A stretch of 64,000 bases of DNA from Thermoanaerobaculia bacterium (GTDB lineage Bacteria > Acidobacteriota > Thermoanaerobaculia > Gp7-AA8): the NCBI GenBank assembly GCA_034665065.1, contig JAXDGL010000018.1, forward strand, positions 20,126-84,125, given 5' to 3'. The position numbers and the translations under genes were made by a program. Position 1 is the first letter of the stretch, and each line of letters begins with the position of its first letter. The notes under the pieces were generated by a model. The model did no database searches. It was not told the DNA's origin and worked only from the letters and a program-made list of their open reading frames with translations. Shown here one piece after another: positions 50,826 through 60,350 of the stretch.

Positions 50826-51706
50826 CGCAGCGCCTCCTGCATCAGGCGAACGAATTCTTTCGGTCCCTGGCGATGAGGAATGTGCGCCGCCTTGTCGATG
50901 ATGTGCAGCGTCGACCCGGCGATGCGCGAATGCAAGGTTTCCGCGTACGCGACCGGCAGCAATCCGTCATGCGCACCCCAGATCATCGTCACCGGCATCG
51001 TCAGATCTTTGAGGCGCGGATCGATCAGGAAGCCGATCAGGCCTGCCTGGATGACGCGCGCCTGTGGCATCTTCGACGCGTTCTTCAACAGCGCATCGAC
51101 CAGATAGTCCGCGATCGGCGTATCGGGTCCGTGTACGAGCCGCAGGACTTTGATCGCCTCCTCGCGGTTCTTCGGAAAGAGGTTAACGTGGCTCATGTCC
51201 CAAACCATGCCGCTGGCGTCTTCGAGCACGAGGTTCGTGACGCGCGTCGGATGGTCCGCCGCGTAGAGCATGCTCACCCATCCGCCCATCGAGTTGCCTG
51301 CGAGCACGACTGGTGCATCGGGTGACTCGCGATCGATGATCGATGCCACCGCCTTCACCATCAGCGGCATCGGCAATGGACCGGTTGCGGGCGCGCTATC
51401 GCCGTGTCCTGGCAGGTCGATCGCGATCACGCGGGCGCCCTTCATGAGCGCCGGGACGACAGCAACCCAGGTCCCGGCCTGATCGTTGACGCCGTGAATC
51501 AGAACGATCGTCCGCGCGCCGCTGCCTCCGGCGAAATAGACGACGCGATTTCCGTCGACGTCGACCGTGCGCTGGTCCATCCCGGCGCGAACGAGTCCGC
51601 GGCGCGTCAGCTTGACGAATGCTTCGAGCGGATGGCGGCGCGCGTACATCGTCGCGCAACCGAACGCGAGGAAGAGAAGGACTACGGCCGTCGCTGCGAT
51701 CTTCAT
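50822..51706 (-). CDS. Alpha/beta-hydrolase-fold serine hydrolase with an N-terminal hydrophobic anchor or signal.
   Basis: HG oxyanion motif HGVNDQ and nucleophile elbow GNSMGG. There are 4-bp start/stop overlaps with both neighbours. Confidence 0.8.
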   Translation of the reverse strand: MKIAATAVVLLFLAFGCATMYARRHPLEAFVKLTRRGLVRAGMDQRTVDVDGNRVVYFAGGSGARTIVLIHGVNDQAGTWVAVVPALMKGARVIAIDLPGHGDSAPATGPLPMPLMVKAVASIIDRESPDAPVVLAGNSMGGWVSMLYAADHPTRVTNLVLEDASGMVWDMSHVNLFPKNREEAIKVLRLVHGPDTPIADYLVDALLKNASKMPQARVIQAGLIGFLIDPRLKDLTMPVTMIWGAHDGLLPVAYAETLHSRIAGSTLHIIDKAAHIPHRQGPKEFVRLMQEALR

Positions 51707-52719
51707 CCGAACAACCTCGCGCCATCCTCCGCCACGCGAAATGCGGTAGCGGCCTGGTTGTATCCGACGCCGGATCCGACGAGCACGACGAGATCACCCG
51801 GCTTGATTTTCCTTTGTCGCAGCGCGTCGTCGAGCGCCATCGGGATGCAGGCCGAGCCGGTGTAGCCGACCGTCTCCATGATCATGTGCGTCTTGCTCAT
51901 CGGCAGGCCGAGGTCCTTCATCACCAACTCGATGGTCGGCTTGCGCACCTGCGTGAAGATCGTGAAGTCGATGTCGCTGACCTCGAAACCGCCATTCTTC
52001 GCCACCTGCCGCACGATGAGCGGCCACCCTGTGTTGTTGATCTCGGGAGGATAGCGCTCGTACATCTTGACGCGCGCCCGTCCTTCGCGGACAGCGATCT
52101 CCGTCGCCGGCTCGACGGTGCCGCCGGCGTGAATCGCCCATCGCGGCGCGTAGGTGCCATCGGCGCGAAACGCTGACGAGATAAACCCGCGCTCTTCACG
52201 TTGTTCGAGCACCGCCGCGCCCGCACCGTCGCCGTAGAAGAAAACCATCGGATCGTCGGCGCTTGTGAGTTTGTGCATCAGATAGACGCCGATCACGAGA
52301 ACGGTCCTAAGGTGCGGACTCGTCGCCATCATCCCGGCCGCCGAGGCAAAGGCGGTGGGAAAGGAGGCGCAGGCGCAACCGACGTCGAACGTACCGGCGT
52401 TTCTCGCTCCCAACTTCCCCTGGACGATGACGGAGGTTGCCGGTGTGATGTAGTCGGGCGAGTCGGTGCCGACGATGATGAGATCGATGTCCTCCGCCGT
52501 TTTGCCCGCGCGCTCGAGGGCGATGTGCGCGGCGCGGACGGCGAGATCGGAGGTCACGACATCGTCGGGCGCCCACCAGCGCGTGAGGATGCCGGTCGAT
52601 GCTTCCATCTTGTTGACGAAGTCGGGCGCGGTGGCGTCGAAACGCGCGCGCAAGTCGTCGTTGGTCACTTTGATCTCCGGCACGTACGAGCCGGTCGCAA
52701 CGATGTTTGCGTGCGTCAT
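51703..52719 (-). CDS. 3-oxoacyl-ACP synthase III-like enzyme (FabH family).
   Basis: Active-site context FDVGCACASF, aligned by eye to FabH AACAGF; 338 aa. Confidence 0.85.
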   Translation of the reverse strand: MTHANIVATGSYVPEIKVTNDDLRARFDATAPDFVNKMEASTGILTRWWAPDDVVTSDLAVRAAHIALERAGKTAEDIDLIIVGTDSPDYITPATSVIVQGKLGARNAGTFDVGCACASFPTAFASAAGMMATSPHLRTVLVIGVYLMHKLTSADDPMVFFYGDGAGAAVLEQREERGFISSAFRADGTYAPRWAIHAGGTVEPATEIAVREGRARVKMYERYPPEINNTGWPLIVRQVAKNGGFEVSDIDFTIFTQVRKPTIELVMKDLGLPMSKTHMIMETVGYTGSACIPMALDDALRQRKIKPGDLVVLVGSGVGYNQAATAFRVAEDGARLFG

Positions 52720-52723
52720 AGGC

Positions 52724-52821
52724 AGGGACGAGGGACGAGGGATGAGGGAAGGGGAACGGCTGGACCAGGTTTGCGAGGGTTCTCTCCCTCGTCCCTTATC
52801 CTTCGCCCCTCGTCCCTGTTC
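52724..52821. repeat. Inverted (gacgagg)/(cctcgtc) heptamer arrays around a ~25-bp core.
   Basis: gggacgagggacgagggatgagggaaggggaacgg ... ctccctcgtcccttatccttcgcccctcgtccctgttcc. Confidence 0.8.
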
Positions 52822-53544
52822 CTAAGTGCCCAGTACCAGTCCTCCATCAACAGAAAGAACGGCTCCGGAAATGAACTTGGCGGCGTCGCTGGCCAGCCAG
52901 ACGTACGCGTTGGCGATGTCGTCGGGCTCGCCGAGCTTCGCCAGCGGCGTTTTCGCGGCCATCGACTCGACGACTTTCTGCGGCATGGCCGTGACCATCT
53001 CGGTGGCGATGAATCCCGGCGCCACGGCGTTCACGCGAATGCCGTATCGCCCCAGTTCGCGCGACCACGTTTTCGTGAAACTGATGACGCCAGCCTTTGT
53101 TGCGGCGTAGTTCGTCTGCCCGAAATTTCCATACAAGCCGACGATCGACGACGCGTTGAGAATCACGCCGCGCTTTGCCTTGATCATGTGCGGCACGACC
53201 GCGCGCGTGCAAAGAAAGACGCCCTTCAGGTTGACGTTGATGACGGCGTCGAATGCGGCGTCGTCCATCATGCCGGTGACGCCGTCTTTCCACTTCACGA
53301 GCTGGGCGTCTCGCACGATGCCGGCGTTGTTGACGAGCACGTCGATGCGGCCATGTGTGGCGATCACATCCTCGACCGCTTTCTGGACCGAGGCGGAGTC
53401 GGTGACGTCGACTTTCGGGTCGGTCGTCACATCCCACGCCACGACGGTCGCGCCCTCAGCCCTGAACCGTTCGACGGTGGCGCGGCCGATTCCGGCGGCA
53501 CCGCCGGTTACGATGACAACTTTGTCTTCAAGATTCAGATCCAT
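52822..53544 (-). CDS. Classical SDR 3-oxoacyl-ACP reductase-like enzyme (FabG-like).
   Basis: TGGAAGIG Rossmann motif and a YxxxK active site; 240 aa. Confidence 0.88.
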   Translation of the reverse strand: MDLNLEDKVVIVTGGAAGIGRATVERFRAEGATVVAWDVTTDPKVDVTDSASVQKAVEDVIATHGRIDVLVNNAGIVRDAQLVKWKDGVTGMMDDAAFDAVINVNLKGVFLCTRAVVPHMIKAKRGVILNASSIVGLYGNFGQTNYAATKAGVISFTKTWSRELGRYGIRVNAVAPGFIATEMVTAMPQKVVESMAAKTPLAKLGEPDDIANAYVWLASDAAKFISGAVLSVDGGLVLGT

Positions 53545-53650
53545 TCAATGACCACCCACGCGCCTCGAAGAATCAAGATCAAGAATTACCGTCCGACCGG
53601 TCGGTTTGTTCTTTCGCGCAATGTAGGCTGATCGTGCGGCGGGTGTCAAG

Positions 53651-53804
53651 TGCGGTGTGGGGGGTAGGGAGTGGGGAGTGGGGAGTGGGAGCAGAAGCAG
53701 TGTAGTTACGGTCCGCCGCAGTCCTTACTATCGCAAGTATCCACAGAGCCGGCACCATCGCCGATTCAACTCCCACTCCCCACCCCCCACTCCCCACACC
53801 CCAC
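53651..53804. repeat. Inverted (gtgggga)/(tccccac) heptamer arrays around a ~75-bp core in a divergent promoter region.
   Basis: gtgcggtgtggggggtagggagtggggagtggggagtgggag ... ctcccactccccaccccccactccccacaccccac. Confidence 0.85.
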
Positions 53805-53826
53805 GGACGCGGTAGAATCCCGCGCC

Positions 53827-54462
53827 ATGTCGCTGCTCATGCAACGCAAAGGTCCGCCCGCTCCGCTGCCACGTCTCGAAGGAAAAGAAGTTCTCACCGG
53901 CCCGAATCCGGAGATCGCCAAAGTCAAAGGCGTCATGTTCGGTGGCCGCAAACAGTTCCTCGCCGACACCGCCGGTGATGAAGGTTTTGCTGCTATTCTC
54001 GCGAAGGTCTCGCCGAAAACGGCCGGTTACGTAAAGACGCCGCTGGCATCGAGCTGGTGCGAATTCTCATCGGTGATCGAGCTCGATCGCGCCATCCACG
54101 AGACGATGAAAGCGAAGTATCCCAATGTTCTCGCGCTCATCGGCGCGGCGTCGGCGGAGTTGGGAATCGGCCGCGTCTACAAATCGCTCGACAGCACGGA
54201 GCTTCTGAAGTTTCTCGAAAGCCAGGCGCTCTTTCACAGCCAGTTTCAGAAGTTCGGCAATGTTCGTTTCGAGAAGACTGCCAGCGGCGGACGGATGATC
54301 TGCAGCGACTATCCCGTCTACAGCCCAATCTACTGCGCCAGCGCGGTCGGCTTTTATCTCGAGTCGATCCTGCGCCACGGCGGCGGCGAGCCGAGCGTGG
54401 TCGAAACGAAATGCCACACGCTGGGCGATTCGCACTGCACGTTTGAGATGACCTGGAGATAG
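53827..54462 (+). CDS. V4R-domain-containing protein with a putative small-molecule-binding domain.
   Basis: C-terminal ...VETKCHTLGDSHCTFEMTW matches the V4R C-x-x-G-D-x-x-C-x-F pattern. The N-terminal region resembles H-NOX/V4R-associated folds (IGAASAELG). Confidence 0.5.
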   Translation: MSLLMQRKGPPAPLPRLEGKEVLTGPNPEIAKVKGVMFGGRKQFLADTAGDEGFAAILAKVSPKTAGYVKTPLASSWCEFSSVIELDRAIHETMKAKYPNVLALIGAASAELGIGRVYKSLDSTELLKFLESQALFHSQFQKFGNVRFEKTASGGRMICSDYPVYSPIYCASAVGFYLESILRHGGGEPSVVETKCHTLGDSHCTFEMTWR

Positions 54463-54527
54463 GTTCGCCGCAGCGTGCGGCAGCAACGCCAGAAGCTCCG
54501 ACCACGAGTCCCGAGACCACGATCACG

Positions 54528-55847
54528 ATGCACTTCCAACAGTTTTACCTCGGTTGTCTCGCTCACGCCTCGTACCTGATCGCGGACGGCGGCGAAGCAG
54601 TCGTGGTCGATCCGCAACGCGACGTCGATCAATACATCGAGGCGGCGGACAAACTTGGCGTCGCGATCCGTTACGTGATCGAGACCCATCTCCACGCCGA
54701 CTTCGTGAGCGGACATCGCGAGCTTGCCGCGCGAAGCGGCGCGGAGATCGTTTTCGGTGCGCGGGCAAATGCCGCGTTCCCGCACCGCGCCGTTCACGAT
54801 GGCGACGATCTGCGAATCGGGAACATCGAGCTGCGTGCGATCGAGACGCCGGGTCACACGCCGGAGTCGATCTCATGGCTCCTTTCCGCGAATGGCGAGC
54901 CATCCCGGCTTCTGACCGGCGACACGCTCTTCATCGGCGACGTTGGCCGTCCCGATCTCGCCGGCTCGCGCGGCTTCACATCCGAAGAAATGGCGTCGAT
55001 GCTTTACGACTCGCTCCACGAGAAAATCCTCACGCTGCCTGATGACGTGGAAGTCTGGCCTGCGCATGGCGCCGGCTCCTCGTGCGGACGCAACATCTCC
55101 AACGAGCTGACGTCCACGATCGGCGCACAGCGGCGAATGAACTGGGCGCTGCAACCGATGACTCGGGAAGAGTTCATCGAGAAGCTGACCTCCGGCCTTG
55201 CCGCACCGCCACGCTATTTTCCGCGCGACGCGGAGATGAACCGTATCGGGCCATCGTCCCTGAATGACGAAGGGCCGCCGCTTCTGACGCCAGAGACGAT
55301 TCCTCCCGACGCCGTGATCCTCGATGTGCGCGATCCCGGCATCTTTTGCGCGCGTCACATCGCCGGCGCGATCAACATCGCCCTCGACGGAAGTTTCGCT
55401 CCATGGTGCGGCGCGCTCCTTTCGTACGATGCGCCAATCGTCATCGCCGCCGATAACGTCAGCGCCGCGTTCCAGGCCTTTGTGCGGCTCGCCCGCGTGG
55501 GGATCGAAAACGTCGCGGGCTACATCACCGCGAGCGACGACTTCCCGATCGTGAGCATCCCGCAACTCACGATCGAGCGAGTCCGCTCCGAAGCGCCCGC
55601 CGTCCTCGACGTTCGCAGGCGGACGGAGTATGCCGAAGGCCACATTCCCGGCGCGCAGAACATCCCACTCGACGAGTTGCCTGAGCGGCTCGCGGAGGTC
55701 GACCGCGAAAACCCGCTGGCGGTGATCTGCGCCGGTGGTTATCGCTCGTCGATTGCCAGCAGTCTTCTCGCACGTAACGGCTTCACGAACGTGATCAACG
55801 TCGAGGGTGGCACCGAAGAGTGGGAGCGTCAGACGGCGAATCGGTAG
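54528..55847 (+). CDS. MBL-fold metallo-hydrolase fused to tandem rhodanese domains (persulfide dioxygenase-rhodanese type).
   Basis: HLHADF metallo-beta-lactamase motif and C-terminal rhodanese CAGGYRSS. Confidence 0.85.
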   Translation: MHFQQFYLGCLAHASYLIADGGEAVVVDPQRDVDQYIEAADKLGVAIRYVIETHLHADFVSGHRELAARSGAEIVFGARANAAFPHRAVHDGDDLRIGNIELRAIETPGHTPESISWLLSANGEPSRLLTGDTLFIGDVGRPDLAGSRGFTSEEMASMLYDSLHEKILTLPDDVEVWPAHGAGSSCGRNISNELTSTIGAQRRMNWALQPMTREEFIEKLTSGLAAPPRYFPRDAEMNRIGPSSLNDEGPPLLTPETIPPDAVILDVRDPGIFCARHIAGAINIALDGSFAPWCGALLSYDAPIVIAADNVSAAFQAFVRLARVGIENVAGYITASDDFPIVSIPQLTIERVRSEAPAVLDVRRRTEYAEGHIPGAQNIPLDELPERLAEVDRENPLAVICAGGYRSSIASSLLARNGFTNVINVEGGTEEWERQTANR

Positions 55848-55853
55848 TCAAGC

Positions 55854-56936
55854 TTGCCGCGAACAGTGCGCGCCACGCGCGCGCCGCAGACATCGTGGTA
55901 CAACTCCCCGGCTTTGCGCCGCACACTCCAGGTAACCTCCGTCGCCCTGCTCACGATCTTTTTCCTCGGGCTCTTCCTTTGGAAAAGCAACCTCGCGGAC
56001 GTGTGGCGGATCATGACGGCAACGAGCCCGCTTTGGCTCGCATCGGCGTTCGTCGTCAACTGGATGGCGCTGGTGTTTCGCACCATTCGCTGGCGTGTAC
56101 TGCTCGCCAATCCCAAACCTCCCCGCTTCTATCCGACGTTTTTCGCCAACACGACCGGCTACATGTTGTCGACTGTTCTGCCGATCCGGGCCGGTGATGT
56201 CGCGCGGCCTGCTCTTCTGGCGAGGCGCACCGACATTCGATTTGCGGAGGCGTTGGGAACGGTGTTGACGGAACGGGTGCTCGACCTGTTCAGCATCCTC
56301 TCGATTTTCATATGGTTTGCTGCCGTGCGCTGGAATGCCTTTCCCAACGGGACGGGCGTTGTGCATGGAGGAGCGATCGGCTGCGGCATAGTCCTGGCCG
56401 CACTCGTGTCGTTTCTGTTCGGACTCTATTTCTTTGGCGGAATGGTTCGGCGCGCGCACGAATGGATCGGCCGCATTCTGCCGAAACGATTTCGCGAGCC
56501 GTGGATGAAGTTCTTCGACGCGTTCGCGAAGACGCTTGCGATCACGAAACGTCCGCGTGATTTTCTCACCGTCATTTTCGCTACCGCCGGCGTCTGGCTC
56601 TGCCTGACGGCGCAGTACTGCCTCGTTTTCATTGCCGTGCATCACCCGCTTCCGTACGACTCGACGTTCTTCATCAACGCGGTGACCACCATCGGCGTGG
56701 CCATTCCCACTCCCGGCGGCGTGGGCGGATTCCACAAGCTCTGCCAATGGGCGCTGACCTCGTTTTACGGATTCGACATCGATACCTCGGTTGCGACCGC
56801 GCTGCTGCTCCATCTCGTCGGGACGCTTCCGGTCGTGATCACCGGAGTCGTCCTCTTCGCGCGCGAAGGTCTGCGCTGGCGCGATCTCCGGCACGAAGCT
56901 GCTGATGTGCCCAGCGACGCGGCTTCACAGTCGTGA
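55854..56936 (+). CDS. Membrane protein of the lysylphosphatidylglycerol-synthase-TM / flippase-like family (UPF0104).
   Basis: Eight or more TM helices. RWRVLL and PGGVGG motifs are typical of this family. Confidence 0.6.
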   Translation: MPRTVRATRAPQTSWYNSPALRRTLQVTSVALLTIFFLGLFLWKSNLADVWRIMTATSPLWLASAFVVNWMALVFRTIRWRVLLANPKPPRFYPTFFANTTGYMLSTVLPIRAGDVARPALLARRTDIRFAEALGTVLTERVLDLFSILSIFIWFAAVRWNAFPNGTGVVHGGAIGCGIVLAALVSFLFGLYFFGGMVRRAHEWIGRILPKRFREPWMKFFDAFAKTLAITKRPRDFLTVIFATAGVWLCLTAQYCLVFIAVHHPLPYDSTFFINAVTTIGVAIPTPGGVGGFHKLCQWALTSFYGFDIDTSVATALLLHLVGTLPVVITGVVLFAREGLRWRDLRHEAADVPSDAASQS

Positions 56937-56952
56937 TATACGGCGCACCGAA

Positions 56953-57399
56953 ATGCGCTGCCCGTTCTGTGGCAACACGGAAGACCGTGTGGTCGACTCA
57001 CGAGAGAGCCGCGAGGCCGACGTCATCCGCCGGCGCCGCGAGTGCACGAAGTGCGAGCGCCGCTTCACCAGTTACGAGAAGATCGAGCAGGTTCCGTTTC
57101 AAGTCGTGAAGCGCGACGAGCGGCGCGAGTCGTACGACCGAGGAAAACTGATGCGCGGCCTGCAGGTGGCCTGCCGCAAACGTCCCGTTGCGCAGGAAAA
57201 ACTGGAGCGTATGGCCGACTCCATCGAAACGGCCATGCAGGACTCCAGCGAGCGTGAGATTTCCAGCTCAACGATTGGAACGATGGTCATGGAGCGATTG
57301 CGCGCTCTCGATCCCGTTGCCTACGTTCGGTTCGCATCGGTCTATCGCCGATTCGAAGATGTCGATGCCTTTGTGAAAGAGTTGCATCAATTGAAGTAG
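56953..57399 (+). CDS. nrdR: Transcriptional repressor NrdR.
   Basis: MRCPFCG...C..C zinc ribbon plus an ATP-cone. Confidence 0.9.
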   Translation: MRCPFCGNTEDRVVDSRESREADVIRRRRECTKCERRFTSYEKIEQVPFQVVKRDERRESYDRGKLMRGLQVACRKRPVAQEKLERMADSIETAMQDSSEREISSSTIGTMVMERLRALDPVAYVRFASVYRRFEDVDAFVKELHQLK

Positions 57400-57480
57400 A
57401 TCGAGAATCACCTGATGGCGGCACAGGAACACGCATTGCAGAGGGAACCAGACGGTTCCCCCGAAATTTGAGAGGTCCAG

Positions 57481-59952
57481 ATGACTGACGCGAACGAAGC
57501 GGCGAAAGAAGAGCCAATTAAAATCCCCGACGTCCTGCCGGTGCTTCCACTGAAGGACCTGGTGATCTTTCCGTTCATCATCGTGCCGCTGTCGGTGTCG
57601 CGCGAGAAATCGATCAACGCTGTCGATCAGGCGCTGGCCGAAAACCGCGTCATCATGCTCACGGCGCAAAAAGATTTTCAAAACGAAGACCCCGCCGAAG
57701 ACGATCTCTATCGCGTCGGCACTGTGGCCATCATCATGCGGATGCTCAAGCTCCCCGATGGCCGCATCCGCATCCTGGTTCAGGGACTCAGCCGCGCGCG
57801 GATCGACTACTTCATCCAGACTGCGCCATTTTTCAAGGCGAAAATCACGCGAATCGAAGAGACGACCGCAAAAGAAAAAGGTCTGGAGACCGAAGCGCTG
57901 ATCCGCGCCGTCAAGCAGAACCTCGACCGCGCCGTCGGCCTCGGCAAGAACATCAGCCCCGAGGTCATGGTGATCGCTGCGAACCTCGACGATCCGGCAC
58001 GCCTCACCGATCTCGCCGCGTCGAACCTCGACCTCAAACTCGAAGAAGCGCAGCAGATTCTCGAGACGATGGATCCCGTCGAGCGGCTGAAGAAGGTCAA
58101 TGACCTCCTCTCCCGCGAGATCAATCTCCTGACGATGCAGCAGGAAATCTCATCCGCGGCGCAGGGAGAGATGAACAAGTCGCAGCGCGAGTACTTCCTC
58201 CGCCAGCAACTGAAAGCGATCCAGTCCGAGCTCGGCGAAGGGGAGGACGTCGCCGAAGACGTCGAGAACTACCGGAAGAAGATCGAAGAGAAACAAATCC
58301 CCTCGGAAGCAAAAGAAGAAGTCGAAAAACAGATCAAGCGGCTGGAGCGATCGCATCCCGACTCCGCGGAGACTTCGATCATCCGCACCTATCTCGACTG
58401 GATGACCGGCCTGCCGTGGGGCGTGATGTCTGCCGACAATCACGACCTCGAGCGCGCACGCACGATCCTCGACGAAGACCACTACGACCTCGAGAAAATC
58501 AAAGAGCGCATTCTCGAATACCTCGCCGTGCGCAAACTGCGCGGTCAGAAGATGAAGGGACCGATCCTCTGCTTTGTCGGGCCTCCCGGTGTCGGCAAGA
58601 CGTCGCTCGGACGATCGATTGCCCGCGCTCTCGACCGCAAGTTCGTCCGCATCTCCCTCGGCGGCGTTCGCGACGAAGCGGAGATCCGCGGCCATCGCCG
58701 GACGTACGTCGGCGCGCTTCCCGGACGCATCATCCAGGGCATCAACCAAGCGGCGACGTCGAATCCCGTCTTCATGCTCGACGAGGTCGACAAGATCGGC
58801 GCCGACTACCGCGGCGATCCGTCATCGGCGCTGCTCGAAGTGCTCGACCCCGAACAGAATTTCTCCTTCCGCGATCACTACCTCGGCGTTCCGTACGATC
58901 TGTCGAACGTCATGTTCGTCGTCACGGCGAATGTGCTCGACACGATCCAGCCCGCGTTCCTCGACCGCATGGAAGTCATCCGCCTCTCCGGCTACACGGA
59001 CGAGGAGAAGCTGGCCATCGCCAAGCAGCACCTCATTCCGAAGCAGATGGAAGAGAACGGCATCAAGGAAACGAATGTCGTCTGGACCGACTCCGGAATC
59101 ACACGCGTCATCACCGGCTACACGAAGGAAGCCGGCCTTCGCAATCTGGAGCGCGAGATCGGCACGATCTGCCGGAAGATCGCGGTGCAGGTAGCGGGCG
59201 GAAACCAGCAGGAGAGCTACCGCATCACCGACACGTCGGTCGAAAAATATCTCGGGCCGATGAAGCATTTTGCAGAGGAGCTACTCGAGCGCGATCAGGT
59301 CGGCGTGGCAACGGGACTGGCGTGGACCGCGGTCGGTGGCGACATCCTCTTCATCGAAGCGCTGGCGGTGAAGGGCAAGGGGAAACTCGTGCTCACTGGC
59401 CAGCTCGGCGACGTGATGAAGGAATCCGCGCAAGCCGCGCTCACCTACGCGCGCGCCCACGCGGACGAGCAGAACATTCCCTCCGACTACTTCGAGACGC
59501 ACGACATTCACATCCACGTTCCCGCCGGCGCGATTCCGAAAGATGGACCGTCGGCCGGCATCACGATGACGAGCGCGATCATCTCGATGATCACAGGCCG
59601 TCCCGTGAAACGGAACGTGGCCATGACCGGCGAGGTAACGCTGCGCGGCGACGTACTGCCGATCGGCGGACTGAAGGAGAAGGTCCTCGCCGCGCGCGCC
59701 GCGAAGATCACCACCGTGATCATGCCGAAGCTCAACGAGCGCGATCTGATCGATGTGCCGGAGCCGATCAAGCGCGACATGCAGTTCTATTTCGTCGAGC
59801 ATGTCGAAGATGTGCTGAAGATTGCGTTGCTCGATCGCGCTGCCGCGGATCAGAAGACGACGGAGCGATCGGGACGCGAATCGAAGCCGCTGGCCGAGCC
59901 TGAGCCGGCACCGCCAGTGACGGGTGAAGTGCCGGTCGCGCAGCCGGGTTGA
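57481..59952 (+). CDS. lon: ATP-dependent Lon protease.
   Basis: LON N-domain, AAA+ GPPGVGKTS and the protease domain PKDGPSAGIT. Confidence 0.97.
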   Translation: MTDANEAAKEEPIKIPDVLPVLPLKDLVIFPFIIVPLSVSREKSINAVDQALAENRVIMLTAQKDFQNEDPAEDDLYRVGTVAIIMRMLKLPDGRIRILVQGLSRARIDYFIQTAPFFKAKITRIEETTAKEKGLETEALIRAVKQNLDRAVGLGKNISPEVMVIAANLDDPARLTDLAASNLDLKLEEAQQILETMDPVERLKKVNDLLSREINLLTMQQEISSAAQGEMNKSQREYFLRQQLKAIQSELGEGEDVAEDVENYRKKIEEKQIPSEAKEEVEKQIKRLERSHPDSAETSIIRTYLDWMTGLPWGVMSADNHDLERARTILDEDHYDLEKIKERILEYLAVRKLRGQKMKGPILCFVGPPGVGKTSLGRSIARALDRKFVRISLGGVRDEAEIRGHRRTYVGALPGRIIQGINQAATSNPVFMLDEVDKIGADYRGDPSSALLEVLDPEQNFSFRDHYLGVPYDLSNVMFVVTANVLDTIQPAFLDRMEVIRLSGYTDEEKLAIAKQHLIPKQMEENGIKETNVVWTDSGITRVITGYTKEAGLRNLEREIGTICRKIAVQVAGGNQQESYRITDTSVEKYLGPMKHFAEELLERDQVGVATGLAWTAVGGDILFIEALAVKGKGKLVLTGQLGDVMKESAQAALTYARAHADEQNIPSDYFETHDIHIHVPAGAIPKDGPSAGITMTSAIISMITGRPVKRNVAMTGEVTLRGDVLPIGGLKEKVLAARAAKITTVIMPKLNERDLIDVPEPIKRDMQFYFVEHVEDVLKIALLDRAAADQKTTERSGRESKPLAEPEPAPPVTGEVPVAQPG

Positions 59953-59967
59953 ATTCAACAAGAGAGC

Positions 59968-60059
59968 GGGACGTAGGTCGGACTCTCTAGTCCGACTTCT
60001 CACGTTCCACTGCGAACATTCCTTTGTCGGACTGGAGAGTCCGACCTACGTTTCGCCCG
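59968..60059. repeat. Repeat family C copy C2, a paired hairpin placed like a terminator after lon.
   Basis: gggacgtaggtcggactctctagtccgac ... gtcggactggagagtccgacctacgtttcgccc. Confidence 0.65.
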
Positions 60060-60113
60060 CCAGAAGAATGTGGCACAGACACTTTGTCGGTGCTTCGGCG
60101 ATAGAATCCATTC

Positions 60114-60311
60114 ATGGCTGACAATCCGCAGGACGACGCGAACGACAAAGGCTTCTGGGACGGTGGGTCCGCCGGGCATGGAACGAACAAAGAGTCGTCC
60201 GGCCGGCCGAACGGCTATCCCGGCAAGCGCTCCAATTCGCGCACCGGCTACCGCACGGACATCGAGTTCCCGCCGGAGACCGAGGGAAATCGCAGCCAGC
60301 AGAAAAAGTAA
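60114..60311 (+). CDS. Small hydrophilic protein (65 aa), possibly stress-related.
   Basis: Strong third-position GC bias. Gly/Asn/Lys-rich. Lies upstream of the ECF sigma gene. No ribosome-binding site is evident. Confidence 0.4.
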   Translation: MADNPQDDANDKGFWDGGSAGHGTNKESSGRPNGYPGKRSNSRTGYRTDIEFPPETEGNRSQQKK

Positions 60312-60350
60312 ATCCGGCTCCGGCGCCGGAACGTAATCTCAGCGCCGGCC

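Noticed and set aside
50822-51706. OleB identity for the alpha/beta hydrolase in the KAS III-hydrolase-ligase module.
   Set aside because: The nucleophile elbow is GNSMGG (serine). OleB-type enzymes are haloalkane-dehalogenase-like with an Asp nucleophile, so only the gene order, not this enzyme, matches the ole pathway.
60326-60350. GGAAC as an ECF sigma -35 box upstream of the sigma gene.
   Set aside because: It lies about 20 bp from the start codon, which is too close. No matching -10 CGT motif is present at the required spacing.
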